From positions 1 through 61,596 of IMG/VR virus record IMGVR_UViG_3300044858_001325: 61,596 nt of DNA; one strand, written 5' to 3'. How positions within the stretch are numbered: position 1 is the stretch's first letter; each line of letters starts with the position of its first letter. This document shows, piece after piece, positions 46,971 to 55,643 of this stretch. The position numbers and the translations under genes were made by a program. The notes below the pieces were generated by a model. It was not told the DNA's origin, searched no databases, and was given only the letters and a program-made list of their open reading frames with translations. Source of the stretch: a virus. Lineage: Duplodnaviria; Caudoviricetes.

Positions 46971-48461
46971 ATGGAATTGATGCTGCGAGAGCATCAGCAG
47001 CAAGTCATTGAGGCCCTGCGCGAGGGATTTCGCCACGGCCATCAGGCTCAGTTGCTTTATGCCCCTACGGGGTTCGGAAAGACAGAGGTGGCCATCGCCT
47101 TGATGAAGGCCACGAAAGAGAAGTACAAGCGAGCTGCGATGGTGCTGGATCGCCTTGTGCTGGTGGATCAGACAAGCCTGCGTCTGTCCAAGTATCACCT
47201 GCCGCATGGCGTGTTCCAGTCGGGCCACTGGAAGTTCGACACGTCGGAGCGGCTTCAGGTGTGCAGCGCCCAGACGCTGGAGCGCAGAACAAAGTTCCCC
47301 CAGATCGATCTGCTGATCGTGGACGAGTGCCACATTGCGCGCAAGCAGACCGTTGAGTTCATCAAGGCCAACCCGAGTGTGAAGGTGGTCGGGCTCACTG
47401 CGACGCCGTTCACCAAGGGCCTGGGCGATGTCTACAAGCATGTGGTGTGCGGCGCCACAAACGAATGGCTGGTGGACAACAAGTGGCTGACGCCCCTGAA
47501 GGTGTTCATTGCCAAGGAGATCGACATGACTGGCGCCAAGAAGGTCGCGGGCGAGTGGGCCCAGGACGTGGTGACAGAGCGCGGCATGAAGATCACGGGC
47601 GACATCGTGGAGGAGTGGGTCAAGAAGACCCACGAGATCTTTGGCAAGCCTGAGAAGACCATCGTGTTTTGTGCGGGCGTAGCGCACGGCGCTGATCTGG
47701 TCGAGCAGTTTGCACGCAAGGGCTTCAACTTCGTGTCCATTTCCTACAAGGACAACGATGACTTCAAGCGGCAGGCCATCGAGGACTTTTCTCGGCCAGA
47801 CACAGAGATACACGGGCTGATCGCCACTGACATTTTGACGCGGGGCTTTGACGTGCCAGACGTGAAGATCGGCGTGTCGGCCCGGCCATTCAGCAAGTCT
47901 TTGAGCAGCCATGTGCAGCAGATGGGCCGCGTGATGCGCGCCCACGCCAGCAAGGAGTTCGGCGTGTGGCTGGATCACTCGGGCAACTACCTGCGGTTCC
48001 GGGACGACTGGGACGAGCTGTACGAGGCTGGCGTGCAGGAGCTGGACAAGAAGGTGGAGAAGGCCAAGAAGGAGCCCACCGAGAAGGAAAAGAAAGAGTC
48101 CAAGTGCCCGGCCTGCGGCCACTTGTGGCCACGCGGCATGGACATCTGCCCTTCATGCGGCCATGTGCGTCAAAAGCGCAATCAAGTCGAGGCCGTTGCC
48201 GGTGAGCTGGAGGAGCTGGCCACGGTCGGCAAGGCGAAGAAGGATGAAAAGCAGAGTTTCTACTCAGAGCTGGTCTGGTATGCCAGCCAGCGGGGCTACA
48301 GCCCCAACTGGGCAAGTCACAAGTACCGCGAGAAGTTTGGGGTCTGGCCTCGCGGCCTTGATTATGTGCCAGCCCCCACCAGTACCAAGACGGCGAACTG
48401 GATCAAGAGCCGCAACATAGCTTGGGCCAAGTCCCAGAGCAGAGTAAGGATGACAGCATGA
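46971..48461 (+). CDS. SF2 DExH helicase (RadD/UvsW-like) with Zn ribbon
   Basis: APTGFGKT, DECH, TAT, GFD, QQMGRVMR, CPAC/CPSC. Confidence 0.92.
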   Translation: MELMLREHQQQVIEALREGFRHGHQAQLLYAPTGFGKTEVAIALMKATKEKYKRAAMVLDRLVLVDQTSLRLSKYHLPHGVFQSGHWKFDTSERLQVCSAQTLERRTKFPQIDLLIVDECHIARKQTVEFIKANPSVKVVGLTATPFTKGLGDVYKHVVCGATNEWLVDNKWLTPLKVFIAKEIDMTGAKKVAGEWAQDVVTERGMKITGDIVEEWVKKTHEIFGKPEKTIVFCAGVAHGADLVEQFARKGFNFVSISYKDNDDFKRQAIEDFSRPDTEIHGLIATDILTRGFDVPDVKIGVSARPFSKSLSSHVQQMGRVMRAHASKEFGVWLDHSGNYLRFRDDWDELYEAGVQELDKKVEKAKKEPTEKEKKESKCPACGHLWPRGMDICPSCGHVRQKRNQVEAVAGELEELATVGKAKKDEKQSFYSELVWYASQRGYSPNWASHKYREKFGVWPRGLDYVPAPTSTKTANWIKSRNIAWAKSQSRVRMTA

Positions 48462-48562
48462 ACGACGAAGACATCAAGAGGGCCATTTTCAAGGGCAAGC
48501 TCTTGATCATTGGCATGGCGGCCCTGGCCGTTCTCATCGCACTGAAGTGGAGGTTTTCATGA
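48458..48562 (+). CDS. 34-aa membrane peptide, absent from the ORF track
   Basis: ATGA overlaps at both ends; LLIIGMAALAVLIAL. Confidence 0.55.
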   Translation: MNDEDIKRAIFKGKLLIIGMAALAVLIALKWRFS

Positions 48563-49422
48563 TTCAAGAACCGGAAGACGAAGCGTGGGACGAGGTGCAA
48601 AAGCGCATCGAGATGGAGCAGGCGTTGCGCGAGAAGGCCAAGGCCAACCCGATGGAGGCGCTGTACGAGGCCGTGCGCAGCGACAACCGAAGGAAGCAGG
48701 TAGGCATCATGCTGGCCATGCCGATGTTCGGGGGCATGTGCCACGGAGACTTTGCTCTGTCGATGATGCGCACGGTGCTGCTGCTGACCCAGCTCGGGTA
48801 TCGGGTGAGCACGCAGGCCATGTTCAACGAGTCGCTGATCACGCGGGCGCGCAACAACCTTGCGGCCACGTTCATGGCAGACAAGACGATGGACTACCTG
48901 ATGTTCCTCGATGCGGACATCCTGTTCTCGGAGCATGACGTGCTGCGGCTGCTGCTGGCGGATCGGGAGTTCTGCGGGGGCATCTACCCTCGCAAGGCCA
49001 TCAACTGGACGGGCGTAGCGGAGGCCGTGCGGGCAGGCAAGGACAACCCGGAAGACTGGTCGTGCAGCTACCTGTTCAACGCGGTCGGCATGGAAAACGG
49101 CGAGAGCGATGCTGACGGGATGATCGAGGTCACCCATGCGGCTACTGGCTTCCTGCTGCTGCGGCGGTCGGTGTTTGAGAAGCTGGCGCCGCACACCCAG
49201 ACCTACGAGGACGTGGTGCAGGGCAAGCCTTTTGTCGGCCATGATTTCTTCCGCGTCGGCGTCGGCGAGAACGGCAAGTACACCAGCGAGGACTACTGGT
49301 TCAGCACATCCTGGCGCAAGATCGGCGGGCGGATCTACTTGAACCCGTACCTGCGGCTGGGCCACATCGGCCAGCACACATTTAACGGCAACCTAGCCCG
49401 CATGGGCACAGAGGCCCTGTGA
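48559..49422 (+). CDS. Glycosyltransferase-like (GT-A) protein
   Basis: ESLITRARN, FLDAD (DxD), ATGFLL, SEDYWF, LGHIG. Confidence 0.8.
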   Translation: MIQEPEDEAWDEVQKRIEMEQALREKAKANPMEALYEAVRSDNRRKQVGIMLAMPMFGGMCHGDFALSMMRTVLLLTQLGYRVSTQAMFNESLITRARNNLAATFMADKTMDYLMFLDADILFSEHDVLRLLLADREFCGGIYPRKAINWTGVAEAVRAGKDNPEDWSCSYLFNAVGMENGESDADGMIEVTHAATGFLLLRRSVFEKLAPHTQTYEDVVQGKPFVGHDFFRVGVGENGKYTSEDYWFSTSWRKIGGRIYLNPYLRLGHIGQHTFNGNLARMGTEAL

Positions 49423-49739
49423 AGCGTGCGCGCCCGGATGCTGACTTCGTTGCTGAGCAGGCGCAGCGCATGATGGAGCTGTTGCAGCCAAGGGGCAATC
49501 TGAGCGCAGAAGATCGAGAGTATGCGGCGGAGCGGCTTTCAAAGATGCGCGACGAGCGGCTGCAAGGGATCTTCGTTGACTTGATTGGCTGGGGCGACGA
49601 TGAGCGGGCCGAGATCGAAACCTTTGTGGCCATTGCCATCGAGGTCATGAAGCGCACCAACGTCAGCAAGCTGCGCGAGTGCGCTCGGATCGTGGAGCTG
49701 CGGTACTGGATGAAAGACATGGACAGGGAGAAGGCATGA
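49419..49739 (+). CDS. Hypothetical protein
   Basis: GTGA/ATGA coupling. Confidence 0.65.
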   Translation: MKRARPDADFVAEQAQRMMELLQPRGNLSAEDREYAAERLSKMRDERLQGIFVDLIGWGDDERAEIETFVAIAIEVMKRTNVSKLRECARIVELRYWMKDMDREKA

Positions 49740-50617
49740 GATTTGAAGACTTTGCCCGGCTGCACGGGCTGCGCGTGGACAGTCTGATTCCAGGCCGCTG
49801 GGTGGCCGTCCCGACCGATGATCACCCCCGCAAGCGTAACGGGCGTTACCGTTGGCTGGGTGATGTGGGGTGGGTGCAGAACTGGGCAACGATGCAGGAG
49901 CCTGCCATGTGGCGCAGCGAGGAGCGGGACTACCAGTCGCCCCAGGTGCGGCGCGCGGTGGCCGATGCTGGCCGGGAGCGGCTGGAGCTGGCCAAGAAGG
50001 CTGCGAGTAAGGCCGGGTGGATCTTGCACCAGTGCAAGACAGACATTCACCCGTACCTTGAGAAAAAGGGGTTCCCGGATGAGTCCGGGAACGTGTGGAC
50101 GACCGAGGAAGGCCAGAGGCTTCTAGTTGTACCGATGCGGGCAGGATCCCGGTTGATCGGGGCCCAGCTCATCGATTGCGAGGGGAACAAGAAGTTCCTC
50201 TACGGTCAACAGACGAAGGGGGCATCGTTCACGATGGACGCAAAGGGCGCCCCAATCCTCTGCGAGGGATATGCCACGGCACTCAGCATCAGGGCCGTCA
50301 TGAAGGCCATGAAGGTGCGCTACACCATCCATGTGTGCTTCAGTGCAGGGAACATGAAGGATGTAGCGCGGGGCATCTCCGGGGGGATCGTCGTCGCCGA
50401 CAATGACCCGAATGGTGTCGGCGAGAAAGCCGCCCGAGAGACAGGTAAACCGTACTGGCTCAGCGATGCAGTCGGTGAAGACTTCAATGACTTTCATCGT
50501 CGTGTCGGTTTGTTCAAAGCCATGTCGTCCCTCAAGCGCGCCGTCTTTGCTGGTGGTAGTCCTGCCGCATCAAGCGCAGGAATTTCGCCTCAATCTGGCG
50601 CACCCGTTCTCGCGTGA
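49736..50617 (+). CDS. Toprim-domain primase
   Basis: HPYLEKKG, LVVPM, CEGYATA, VADND, GEDFND. Confidence 0.85.
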   Translation: MRFEDFARLHGLRVDSLIPGRWVAVPTDDHPRKRNGRYRWLGDVGWVQNWATMQEPAMWRSEERDYQSPQVRRAVADAGRERLELAKKAASKAGWILHQCKTDIHPYLEKKGFPDESGNVWTTEEGQRLLVVPMRAGSRLIGAQLIDCEGNKKFLYGQQTKGASFTMDAKGAPILCEGYATALSIRAVMKAMKVRYTIHVCFSAGNMKDVARGISGGIVVADNDPNGVGEKAARETGKPYWLSDAVGEDFNDFHRRVGLFKAMSSLKRAVFAGGSPAASSAGISPQSGAPVLA

Positions 50618-50828
50618 TACCGTGTGCCTTTGCTGCCTCGGTCAGTGGCGCCCCTTGCGCCCTGGCCCGCAGCATCTCCCAGTAACGCTCGACGTTTTCG
50701 CCTTTGACCCTTTTACCATAGAGGGCCCCGAAAGCCTCGCGTGAAGGGAAGTCCACCAGCAGGATCGGGTTGTCTGGGTGGCCTGTAGCAACGGGCACGC
50801 GGCCCCCGTAGAGTCGCAAATTGTTCAT
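50532..50828 (-). CDS. Sigma70 region-4-like HTH protein
   Basis: LTEAAKAHGITRERVRQIEAK. Confidence 0.75.
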   Translation of the reverse strand: MNNLRLYGGRVPVATGHPDNPILLVDFPSREAFGALYGKRVKGENVERYWEMLRARAQGAPLTEAAKAHGITRERVRQIEAKFLRLMRQDYHQQRRRA

Positions 50829-51043
50829 TGGATTTTTTCCTTGTCAGTGGGTGCAGAAAACGCCTCATAAACTTCGTCGATGACGCCGCAAACGTAGGAC
50901 TTGAAGGCTTCGCGCGGCACGAGGCCGTGAACCCCACAGTTCGCAAGATACCCAGTCAACAGCGGAATCAATTCGTTTAGCGAGGAGCCAGCAATTGCAG
51001 CGTCGATGCGCTCTGGTAAGGTTGGTCTGCTTTTATCAGTCAT
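50825..51043 (-). CDS. Hypothetical protein
   Basis: GAGG RBS; ATGA coupling. Confidence 0.6.
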   Translation of the reverse strand: MTDKSRPTLPERIDAAIAGSSLNELIPLLTGYLANCGVHGLVPREAFKSYVCGVIDEVYEAFSAPTDKEKIQ

Positions 51044-51603
51044 GCGCGCACCTCGGTGGCCTGGGCTTCGGAATACTTGGCCGATTCCATGCCCTCCGAC
51101 AGGCAGTATTCCAATTCGTTGTAGTAGCCCCAGCATGAATCGATTTCCTCGCCTTCCGGGTCGATCACTTTCCACCCGTACACCTGCCCCGTGATGTAGC
51201 CGTCCAGCGTTTTGATCTCGGCGCGCAGGCATTCCAGCACCTTGGCGCGCAGCTTGGCCGTGAGGATCTTTCCTCCCCACTCTTTCAGGGCTTTGGCCTT
51301 GGCCACATAAATCAGACCCACCATACCCGAGTCCCAGGGGCAGGAAAAGCCGGATGTGTTGATGGTGATCCCGCTGTGGTCGTACATATACACCGGCAGG
51401 GTGATGAGATCGGCGCGCTGCGCCAGCTCTTGCAGCTCCTCATTGCTGGCAGTGTCGTCGCCGAAGTCGTAGCGGCATCGGTCGTGCAGAACAACGGTTC
51501 CGAGGTTGTCCCATTCCTTGCGGGGGTTGCATGCGTCCTCAGACGTCCACACTTCGACGGTGTAGCCGCTGGGTCGGGTTTCGCGTGTCACTTGGTAGCT
51601 CAT
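51040..51603 (-). CDS. Conserved phage early protein (YMYDHSGIT...DSCWGYY)
   Basis: AAGGA RBS; recognisable motifs. Confidence 0.75.
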   Translation of the reverse strand: MSYQVTRETRPSGYTVEVWTSEDACNPRKEWDNLGTVVLHDRCRYDFGDDTASNEELQELAQRADLITLPVYMYDHSGITINTSGFSCPWDSGMVGLIYVAKAKALKEWGGKILTAKLRAKVLECLRAEIKTLDGYITGQVYGWKVIDPEGEEIDSCWGYYNELEYCLSEGMESAKYSEAQATEVRA

Positions 51604-51616
51604 GGTTTGATTTCCT

Positions 51617-51706
51617 TCAGATGAAAAGAGCCAAAAAAACCAGCAGCAGCCAGAAGATGGCCGCCACCAGCACAAGAAAGCCGCCACGGCGGCGGTGGTG
51701 TTTCAT
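51617..51706 (-). CDS. 29-aa membrane peptide, absent from the ORF track
   Basis: MKHHRRRGGFLVLVAAIFWLLLVFLALFI. Confidence 0.55.
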   Translation of the reverse strand: MKHHRRRGGFLVLVAAIFWLLLVFLALFI

Positions 51707-51987
51707 TGCTTGATGGCCAGGATTGGCGCCCGTTTGGCGCGGTCATAAATCCATTGAAAAAAGGACTCAAACGGGACATTGCTCCGCAGCCCTTCGCCTG
51801 TGACCAGCTCGACGCCATCGGGCACCGGTGCGCTATCGCGCGCCAGCATCAGGCGCCCAGGCTTGCCCGGCTTGCTGGGTCGGCAGTAGAGATAGAGCGG
51901 CTCGATCTGGCCACGGCTGGCCATCAGTCGAGATAGGGCCTGCCCCTGCTCCGCGCATTGCTGCACCAGTCTGGCGTATTCGTTCAT
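51703..51987 (-). CDS. Hypothetical protein
   Basis: AAGGGG RBS; coupled stops. Confidence 0.65.
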   Translation of the reverse strand: MNEYARLVQQCAEQGQALSRLMASRGQIEPLYLYCRPSKPGKPGRLMLARDSAPVPDGVELVTGEGLRSNVPFESFFQWIYDRAKRAPILAIKQ

Positions 51988-52151
51988 GATGCGGCCCCTT
52001 TGCTTGCTTCGTCTTCGGTGTCAAGGTTGCGGAAGTAGGCCCAGCGCGCCACGGTTTCCGGGTCTTCGCTGGGTGGCGTCCACCCGTAGCGCCTCCATGT
52101 GCGCTGAACGTCGGTGCTCTGCCAGTAGGTGGGCAAGGCGTCCGGCGTCAT
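51984..52151 (-). CDS. Small protein (STDVQRTWRRYGWTPPSE)
   Basis: ATGA coupling. Confidence 0.65.
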   Translation of the reverse strand: MTPDALPTYWQSTDVQRTWRRYGWTPPSEDPETVARWAYFRNLDTEDEASKGAAS

Positions 52152-52366
52152 GATGCAGCCCCCAGCGTTGCGCGCTCGGCCAGCTCTTGCGAGATGTCGC
52201 CGGACTTGCTGAGCACGTCCAGAAAATCGACGAAAGCGCATCGCGTGTCGGTCGGGTACATGGTGCCGCTGCCCGAATAGTTCGGAATCCGGCGGCGCGG
52301 GAGGTCGGGGTGCATGGCCCAGAAGGCCCCGCGGATTTGTCTCTGTGTTGTGTAGGTGTAGCGCAT
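52148..52366 (-). CDS. Hypothetical protein
   Basis: GAGGAG RBS. Confidence 0.7.
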   Translation of the reverse strand: MRYTYTTQRQIRGAFWAMHPDLPRRRIPNYSGSGTMYPTDTRCAFVDFLDVLSKSGDISQELAERATLGAAS

Positions 52367-52378
52367 GGCCTGGGCTCC

Positions 52379-52813
52379 TCAGTAAACGCAAATGCCGCGC
52401 GTGTAGCAGGATTCCGCCTTCGACCCTTGCGGAATGTCGCCAGGGCGCAGGATGTAGAGGGCGGCGCCTCGCGGGTCGGTCTGGATGTAGGCGCCCAGCT
52501 CATCGGCGGCGCGCTCGTTGCGGGCCTTCAGCAGGTCAGCCAGTCGGCGGTAGGCCCCGGTTTCACGGTCGGCAATCGGGCGGCGCGTGCGCTTCCCGGC
52601 ACCCCATTGCGCGCCCCACTCGCTGGCCCAATAGGGGCGCCCGGTGGCTTCGTCGCGCTCGATGCAGCCCGAATTAATGCCGCATTCCAGCTCGTGCCAG
52701 CGTTGCAGGGTGAGGGAAATTCGGCGCAGGGTTTCGCCTTCCTCCTCAGTGAATCCGAGGGAGTGCAGCACCTCGGAGAGGCGCGCGCGGCGCGCGTGTT
52801 CGGTTTTCGTCAT
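52379..52813 (-). CDS. Hypothetical protein (YIQTDPRGAALY family)
   Basis: GAGGA RBS. Confidence 0.75.
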   Translation of the reverse strand: MTKTEHARRARLSEVLHSLGFTEEEGETLRRISLTLQRWHELECGINSGCIERDEATGRPYWASEWGAQWGAGKRTRRPIADRETGAYRRLADLLKARNERAADELGAYIQTDPRGAALYILRPGDIPQGSKAESCYTRGICVY

Positions 52814-52825
52814 GGCGTCAAATCC

Positions 52826-52966
52826 TCAAAGTGAAAAGGCAAAAATCAGGATGAAATAAAGGGCGGCGCAGGCCGCCAGCAGCCCGAGGGCCTGGGCCCA
52901 TGCGGGCGGCGCTTTTTCCTCGGGTGCTGGCGTGTAGTTCTGGCGGTGGCGGTCTTGCGGGGTCAT
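52826..52966 (-). CDS. 46-aa membrane peptide
   Basis: C-terminal TM helix; AAGGGG RBS. Confidence 0.6.
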   Translation of the reverse strand: MTPQDRHRQNYTPAPEEKAPPAWAQALGLLAACAALYFILIFAFSL

Positions 52967-53292
52967 GGTTTCGGCCCCTTCAGGATGCCAGCGGCCCGCA
53001 TGGCGGCGCGCCAGTATTTGGCCCGGCCCGGTGGATTGTCCCGGCCATAGTGCAAGCTGGCCTCGGTGAATTCTCCGGTTATGAAGTCTTGCTCGGTTTC
53101 GGCGCTGAGCCACTCGAAAACCTCGCCGCGCGCGGGATAGCATGAGGGGTGCGGGTGCGCCTGCATCAGCGTGACCAGCTCGCGGAAGGTGACCGCCTCA
53201 TGGGTGGAAGTGCTCACGGGTTCGGGGCAGTAGTCTGCCTCCTCATCATCGGGGGCAGGGTATTGAGATTCGATGCGGGTGATGGTCAGCAT
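52963..53292 (-). CDS. Hypothetical protein
   Basis: GGAG RBS; MLTITRIE start. Confidence 0.65.
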   Translation of the reverse strand: MLTITRIESQYPAPDDEEADYCPEPVSTSTHEAVTFRELVTLMQAHPHPSCYPARGEVFEWLSAETEQDFITGEFTEASLHYGRDNPPGRAKYWRAAMRAAGILKGPKP

Positions 53293-53579
53293 GGCAGGGG
53301 CTCCGTGTAGGCGGGAAGGCGGCGGATCCAGGCGTCGGCGCTCAGGTGTTCCGCGCGGATGGTGTAGGGGATACCGGCGGCGCGCAGGGCCTCCAGCAGC
53401 CGGGGGGCGTCGCAATCCTCCTCCAGCCATACGCGGCGCGAGGGCGCGCGCTCGGCGTAGGAATAGCGGGAGATCTGGCCAGCGATGCCCAGGCGCGCGA
53501 GGGTATCGGCGTCGGTGCTTAGCCAGCCGTGGCCGGGGTCTGCAATGAAGTGCAGCGCGAGGGTTTCGGGTGTCGTCAT
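53286..53579 (-). CDS. Hypothetical protein (DPGHGWL...LEEDCD family)
   Basis: GGAGG RBS; motif. Confidence 0.75.
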   Translation of the reverse strand: MTTPETLALHFIADPGHGWLSTDADTLARLGIAGQISRYSYAERAPSRRVWLEEDCDAPRLLEALRAAGIPYTIRAEHLSADAWIRRLPAYTEPLPC

Positions 53580-53582
53580 GGT

Positions 53583-53864
53583 TCAGCCCTCCAGCGTGGC
53601 AAGGATAGAGCGGGCGCCGTCAAGGGCGGCGCGCTCGGCAGTGCTCAGGCCACCGGCGCCGGTCGGGCGCATGGTCACTGCCAGATGCAGGCGGCGCAGT
53701 GCTGCGGCCAGCTCGGGCGCGGCAGCGATAAGGCGCGCGTCCGCCGGGTTGCGGGCGTCAGAGTAGACGACCTCGCCGATGGCGCGGCCTTGCTTATCGT
53801 TGATCAGGTACACGCGGGCGCAGTGGCCATCAGCGATGGCCCAAGGTGCGGGGGTGTGCGTCAT
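53583..53864 (-). CDS. HTPAPW...ARLIAAAPEL family protein
   Basis: Common phage small-protein motif; GGAGG RBS. Confidence 0.75.
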   Translation of the reverse strand: MTHTPAPWAIADGHCARVYLINDKQGRAIGEVVYSDARNPADARLIAAAPELAAALRRLHLAVTMRPTGAGGLSTAERAALDGARSILATLEG

Positions 53865-53868
53865 GGTG

Positions 53869-54048
53869 TCAGCCCTCCAGCTCATTGGCTGCATCCTCGC
53901 AGGCCGTTACCAGCCCGTCGAAGTCTTCATCCGGCCCCAGGATCGAGGCCAGCGCGTGAACGGTGGCCAGCGGCAGGCCGTTATCCTCGGCCAGCCCTTG
54001 CAGATAGTCGCGGCGCGAGGTGTAACCGTGTTCGGTGTAAATGCTCAT
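53869..54048 (-). CDS. 59-aa first gene of the leftward operon, absent from the ORF track
   Basis: AGGAG RBS; MSIYTEHGYTSRRDYL...LGPDEDFDGLVT. Confidence 0.75.
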   Translation of the reverse strand: MSIYTEHGYTSRRDYLQGLAEDNGLPLATVHALASILGPDEDFDGLVTACEDAANELEG

Positions 54049-54111
54049 GGTGTCAGCTCCTAACAGTGGTTGATGTCATCAGGTGACCCGGAATGGGTAT
54101 CACCTGCCGAC

Positions 54112-54140
54112 ATTATGGGGGCTCAATGGTTGACTGTCAA
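54112..54140 (-). promoter_or_regulatory. Strong sigma70 promoter of the leftward early operon
   Basis: TTGACA-17-CATAAT on the minus strand. Confidence 0.8.
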
Positions 54141-54274
54141 GCACTCAAGCGCCCGCACGGTATTGGGATAAACCCTGCCCGAAGGGCAATAGCCCAGGCG
54201 CTGCCCTTCAGGGAGAGACAAGGGCCCAGCAAGGGGGCCTGTACCTGTCCACCCGTCCCCGGTATCATGGAGGG

Positions 54275-55285
54275 ATGAAGTCTCCGAAAATACTCGAAGC
54301 AACGAAGGCGCCTAAGCTATCCCGGCGCAAGGTGGCCGAAGCACTCCAGGCCGTGCCGGTCGATGTGGTGCTACTGGGCGCAGTGGGCGCGAAGTCCACC
54401 AAATTGACCGCAAAGCAAAAGGCATTTGCGGAAGGTGTAGCGATGGGAAAGACAGGCGCGCAGGCATACCGCGACGCATACGACAGCAAGGGCAAACCCA
54501 TCACGCAAGGGCAGGAAGCAGCACGCCTGAAGGCATCCCCTCACATTGCCGCACAAATCGAGGCGCTGACCCTGGCCAATGAGGCGATGAGATACGCAAC
54601 CCCGGCGGCCTTGAGGGCGCTCGTGATTCAGAAGCTCACCGAGCACGCCATCAGCCAGGAAGTGAAACCGGCCCAGCGGCTGCAAGCTCTCAAGTTACTG
54701 GGCACCGTTACCGAGGTGGCGGCCTTCACCGAGCGGCGCGAGATCATCAAGACCACCGACGCGGGCGCCGCGCGCGCCGCCTTGCTGGAGAACTTGCGGC
54801 AGGCCCTGCGCAGCTCTGCCACTGATGCGCAGATCATTGAGACAAAAGGCCCGAGGGTAACGCCTGTTACCCTTGCAGACCCCGACGCGGCCCAGGCCAG
54901 CGACGCGCCGCCGCCGGAAGACCCCCAGCCGGTCGCCGATGCCGCCCAGGCCGACCCCACCGCCCCGCCACCCCCTGCGCAGCGCGCAGCGAGCGCCCGC
55001 ACTATGCTTAGTAATCCACACGTTGGATCCCATCCTGAACTTAATTTTTCCGATGCGACCCAGCCTAGCCAGTCTGCGCCTGACCTTGAGGCAAGGGTAA
55101 CACCTGTTACCCTACCTGGGGTAAACCCGAAGGTAACACCTGTTACCCTTACTAGGGAAAACCCGGAGGTAACAGATGTTACGCTTGCTGAAGTTGGAGA
55201 GGGGGGTGGGGCTATGAAAAGTTGGGACGTGATAGGAAATGGCTATGGCAAAGTGCCCCCCGGTGGAAATTGGGTAGAAAAGTAG
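54275..55285 (+). CDS. terS: Terminase small subunit with long disordered C-terminal extension
   Basis: LTAKQKAFA...AQAYRDAY HTH, RLQALKLLG; upstream of terL. Confidence 0.75.
   Translation: MKSPKILEATKAPKLSRRKVAEALQAVPVDVVLLGAVGAKSTKLTAKQKAFAEGVAMGKTGAQAYRDAYDSKGKPITQGQEAARLKASPHIAAQIEALTLANEAMRYATPAALRALVIQKLTEHAISQEVKPAQRLQALKLLGTVTEVAAFTERREIIKTTDAGAARAALLENLRQALRSSATDAQIIETKGPRVTPVTLADPDAAQASDAPPPEDPQPVADAAQADPTAPPPPAQRAASARTMLSNPHVGSHPELNFSDATQPSQSAPDLEARVTPVTLPGVNPKVTPVTLTRENPEVTDVTLAEVGEGGGAMKSWDVIGNGYGKVPPGGNWVEK
55096..55184. repeat. 36-bp tandem repeat carrying three GTAAC-N4-GTTAC palindromes
   Basis: Palindrome starts at 55097, 55133 and 55169. Confidence 0.9.
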
Positions 55286-55320
55286 GGGGGGTATATATGC
55301 GGAAAAAAAGGAGTTTAGAG

Positions 55321-55545
55321 ATGACGCCTGCGCAGAAGGATGTGTACTTGGTGATTGATGAGTGGTGGAAGAAGTTTGGGTTTGGGCCGACGATTGACGA
55401 GGTGATGTTGGTGTTGGGGGTTAATGGTCGAGGGAACGTGGCCAGGAAGATGCGCACGTTGGTGGAGTTGGGTGTGTGCAAGGGGATTCCGAGGCGGGCT
55501 CGGAGCATTCGTCCGGCGTATTTGAGGGTGAGGGACATCGTATGA
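55321..55545 (+). CDS. LexA-type winged-HTH protein (DNA-binding domain only)
   Basis: MTPAQ..VY..I....GFGPTIDEV...LVELG.....RARSI; AAGGAG RBS; no peptidase domain. Confidence 0.8.
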   Translation: MTPAQKDVYLVIDEWWKKFGFGPTIDEVMLVLGVNGRGNVARKMRTLVELGVCKGIPRRARSIRPAYLRVRDIV

Positions 55546-55643
55546 TGGACTGGGTGGTTTATGCGTTTGCGGCCATTGGGTTTGTTGTGTCGTTGTGCTT
55601 TGCGTTTCTGATGTGGTTTTACTGGATGTGCAATCGCAAATGA
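55542..55643 (+). CDS. 33-aa membrane peptide, absent from the ORF track
   Basis: ATGA overlaps at both ends; one TM helix. Confidence 0.5.
   Translation: MMDWVVYAFAAIGFVVSLCFAFLMWFYWMCNRK

Noticed and set aside
1882-55182. Palindrome read as cyanobacterial NtcA sites (GTA-N8-TAC)
   Set aside because: It matches formally, but most copies are intragenic, lack a downstream -10 box and have a much more specific core; no cyanophage marker genes were seen.
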